The notes under the pieces are model-generated. The model made no database searches. It saw only the letters and a program-made list of their open reading frames with translations, and was not told the DNA's origin. This document shows positions 63,246-64,000 of a stretch of 64,000 nt of DNA, in pieces. The translations under genes were made by a program, and so were the position numbers. This DNA comes from Acidobacteriota bacterium (GTDB taxonomy: Bacteria; Acidobacteriota; UBA6911; RPQK01; JAJDTT01). Position 1 is the first letter of the stretch, and each line of letters begins with the position of its first letter. Location: the NCBI GenBank assembly GCA_965209055.1, contig OZ242374.1, forward strand, positions 576,001 to 640,000, written 5' to 3'.

Positions 63246-63483
63246 TGGTCTCCACCTGGCGGTCTTGGTCGCCGACGGTCCCGGGCGAGTTACCGTTGTT
63301 CGGCTCCGGCACTTGATCCTCGATGGTCCCACCGGCATCGCGGAACATCTCCTGAATCCAGGAGCAGTCACAACTCCAGCCATCGTCGGATCCGACCTCC
63401 GTCTACGATCGCGCCCAGGTTCGGCCGCGTCCGACAACGGTGTTCTTGACGTCGCTCAGCTTTCCGTTCATACCTGAGTCAAC

Positions 63484-63858
63484 ATGTCCGTCTTCAGAAT
63501 TCTGCTGTCGATCCTGGCTGTGATCCACGCGCTGTTCGCAGGATTTACGGCGTTGGTTGGAGCATTCGCGAACGGTGGAGAAACCTGGGAACGGCTGCTG
63601 GTCGTGCTTCTTCATCCCCTGGGCGCCGCGGGAGTCCTGGTCCTGGTGCTGGCGCCCCGCCTCCCCAGGATCGCCAACCTCGCCATCGCCGCAGTCCTCC
63701 TCGTGGTCGTGACCGCCGACCTGGTCCTGGCGCAGAGGATTGCCGCAGGCGCCGTGAAGGGAGACTGGGAACTCGCGTTGGTCTTCTCGGTGGTTCCGGT
63801 CATTGGCATTGTCTACGCGATGAGTCTCCTTGGAACTGCTCGCGCAACAGACGAGTAA
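63484..63858 (+). CDS. Small 4-TM membrane protein
   Basis: Four hydrophobic segments; host-like codon usage. Confidence 0.75.
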   Translation: MSVFRILLSILAVIHALFAGFTALVGAFANGGETWERLLVVLLHPLGAAGVLVLVLAPRLPRIANLAIAAVLLVVVTADLVLAQRIAAGAVKGDWELALVFSVVPVIGIVYAMSLLGTARATDE

Positions 63859-64000
63859 CGCCAGATTCAGGCGCAGAAGACAATGTCCTCCAGACGCAAT
63901 TGCGCTTCCGGCCGCGGTGGACGACCTTCTCCCTCGTTCACCCGCGCCAGATTGAGCACTTTCGTAGTTGTGGGGGAATCGTCTCGCGGTGGACACGGGT

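Overview
GC-rich bacterial chromosome segment. The gene content and the adhesin type suggest an Acidobacteriota-like diderm, possibly a host (sponge) symbiont; this is inference only. 1-4.3 kb: decayed end of an integrative element with an intact P4-type tyrosine integrase, a membrane-protein gene interrupted by an amber codon, a truncated cargo gene, and two ~100-bp non-coding elements closed by 20-bp inverted repeats that share a GAGCGACCCCCC core. 4.3-35 kb: accessory metabolism and transport genes (TPP enzyme, DSD1 PLP enzyme, hydrolases, MFS/DMT/Nramp-like carriers, oxidoreductases, and a LeuA/homocitrate-synthase-like + phosphotransacylase + acetate kinase operon), plus an islet with an AAA_14/DUF4143 ATPase and gene remnants. 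35-57 kb: core genes (mltD-like, ctpA, tatA-tatC, two PPIases, mfd, tilS-ftsH-folP-cdaA-cdaR-glmM, a thrC-like gene under a SAM-I riboswitch, tRNA-Met, hemB, hemL). 57.5-62.7 kb: a giant Calx-beta/FN3/PKD/cadherin autotransporter-like adhesin. No CRISPR array or rRNA was seen. All family calls come from motif recognition by eye; no searches were run.
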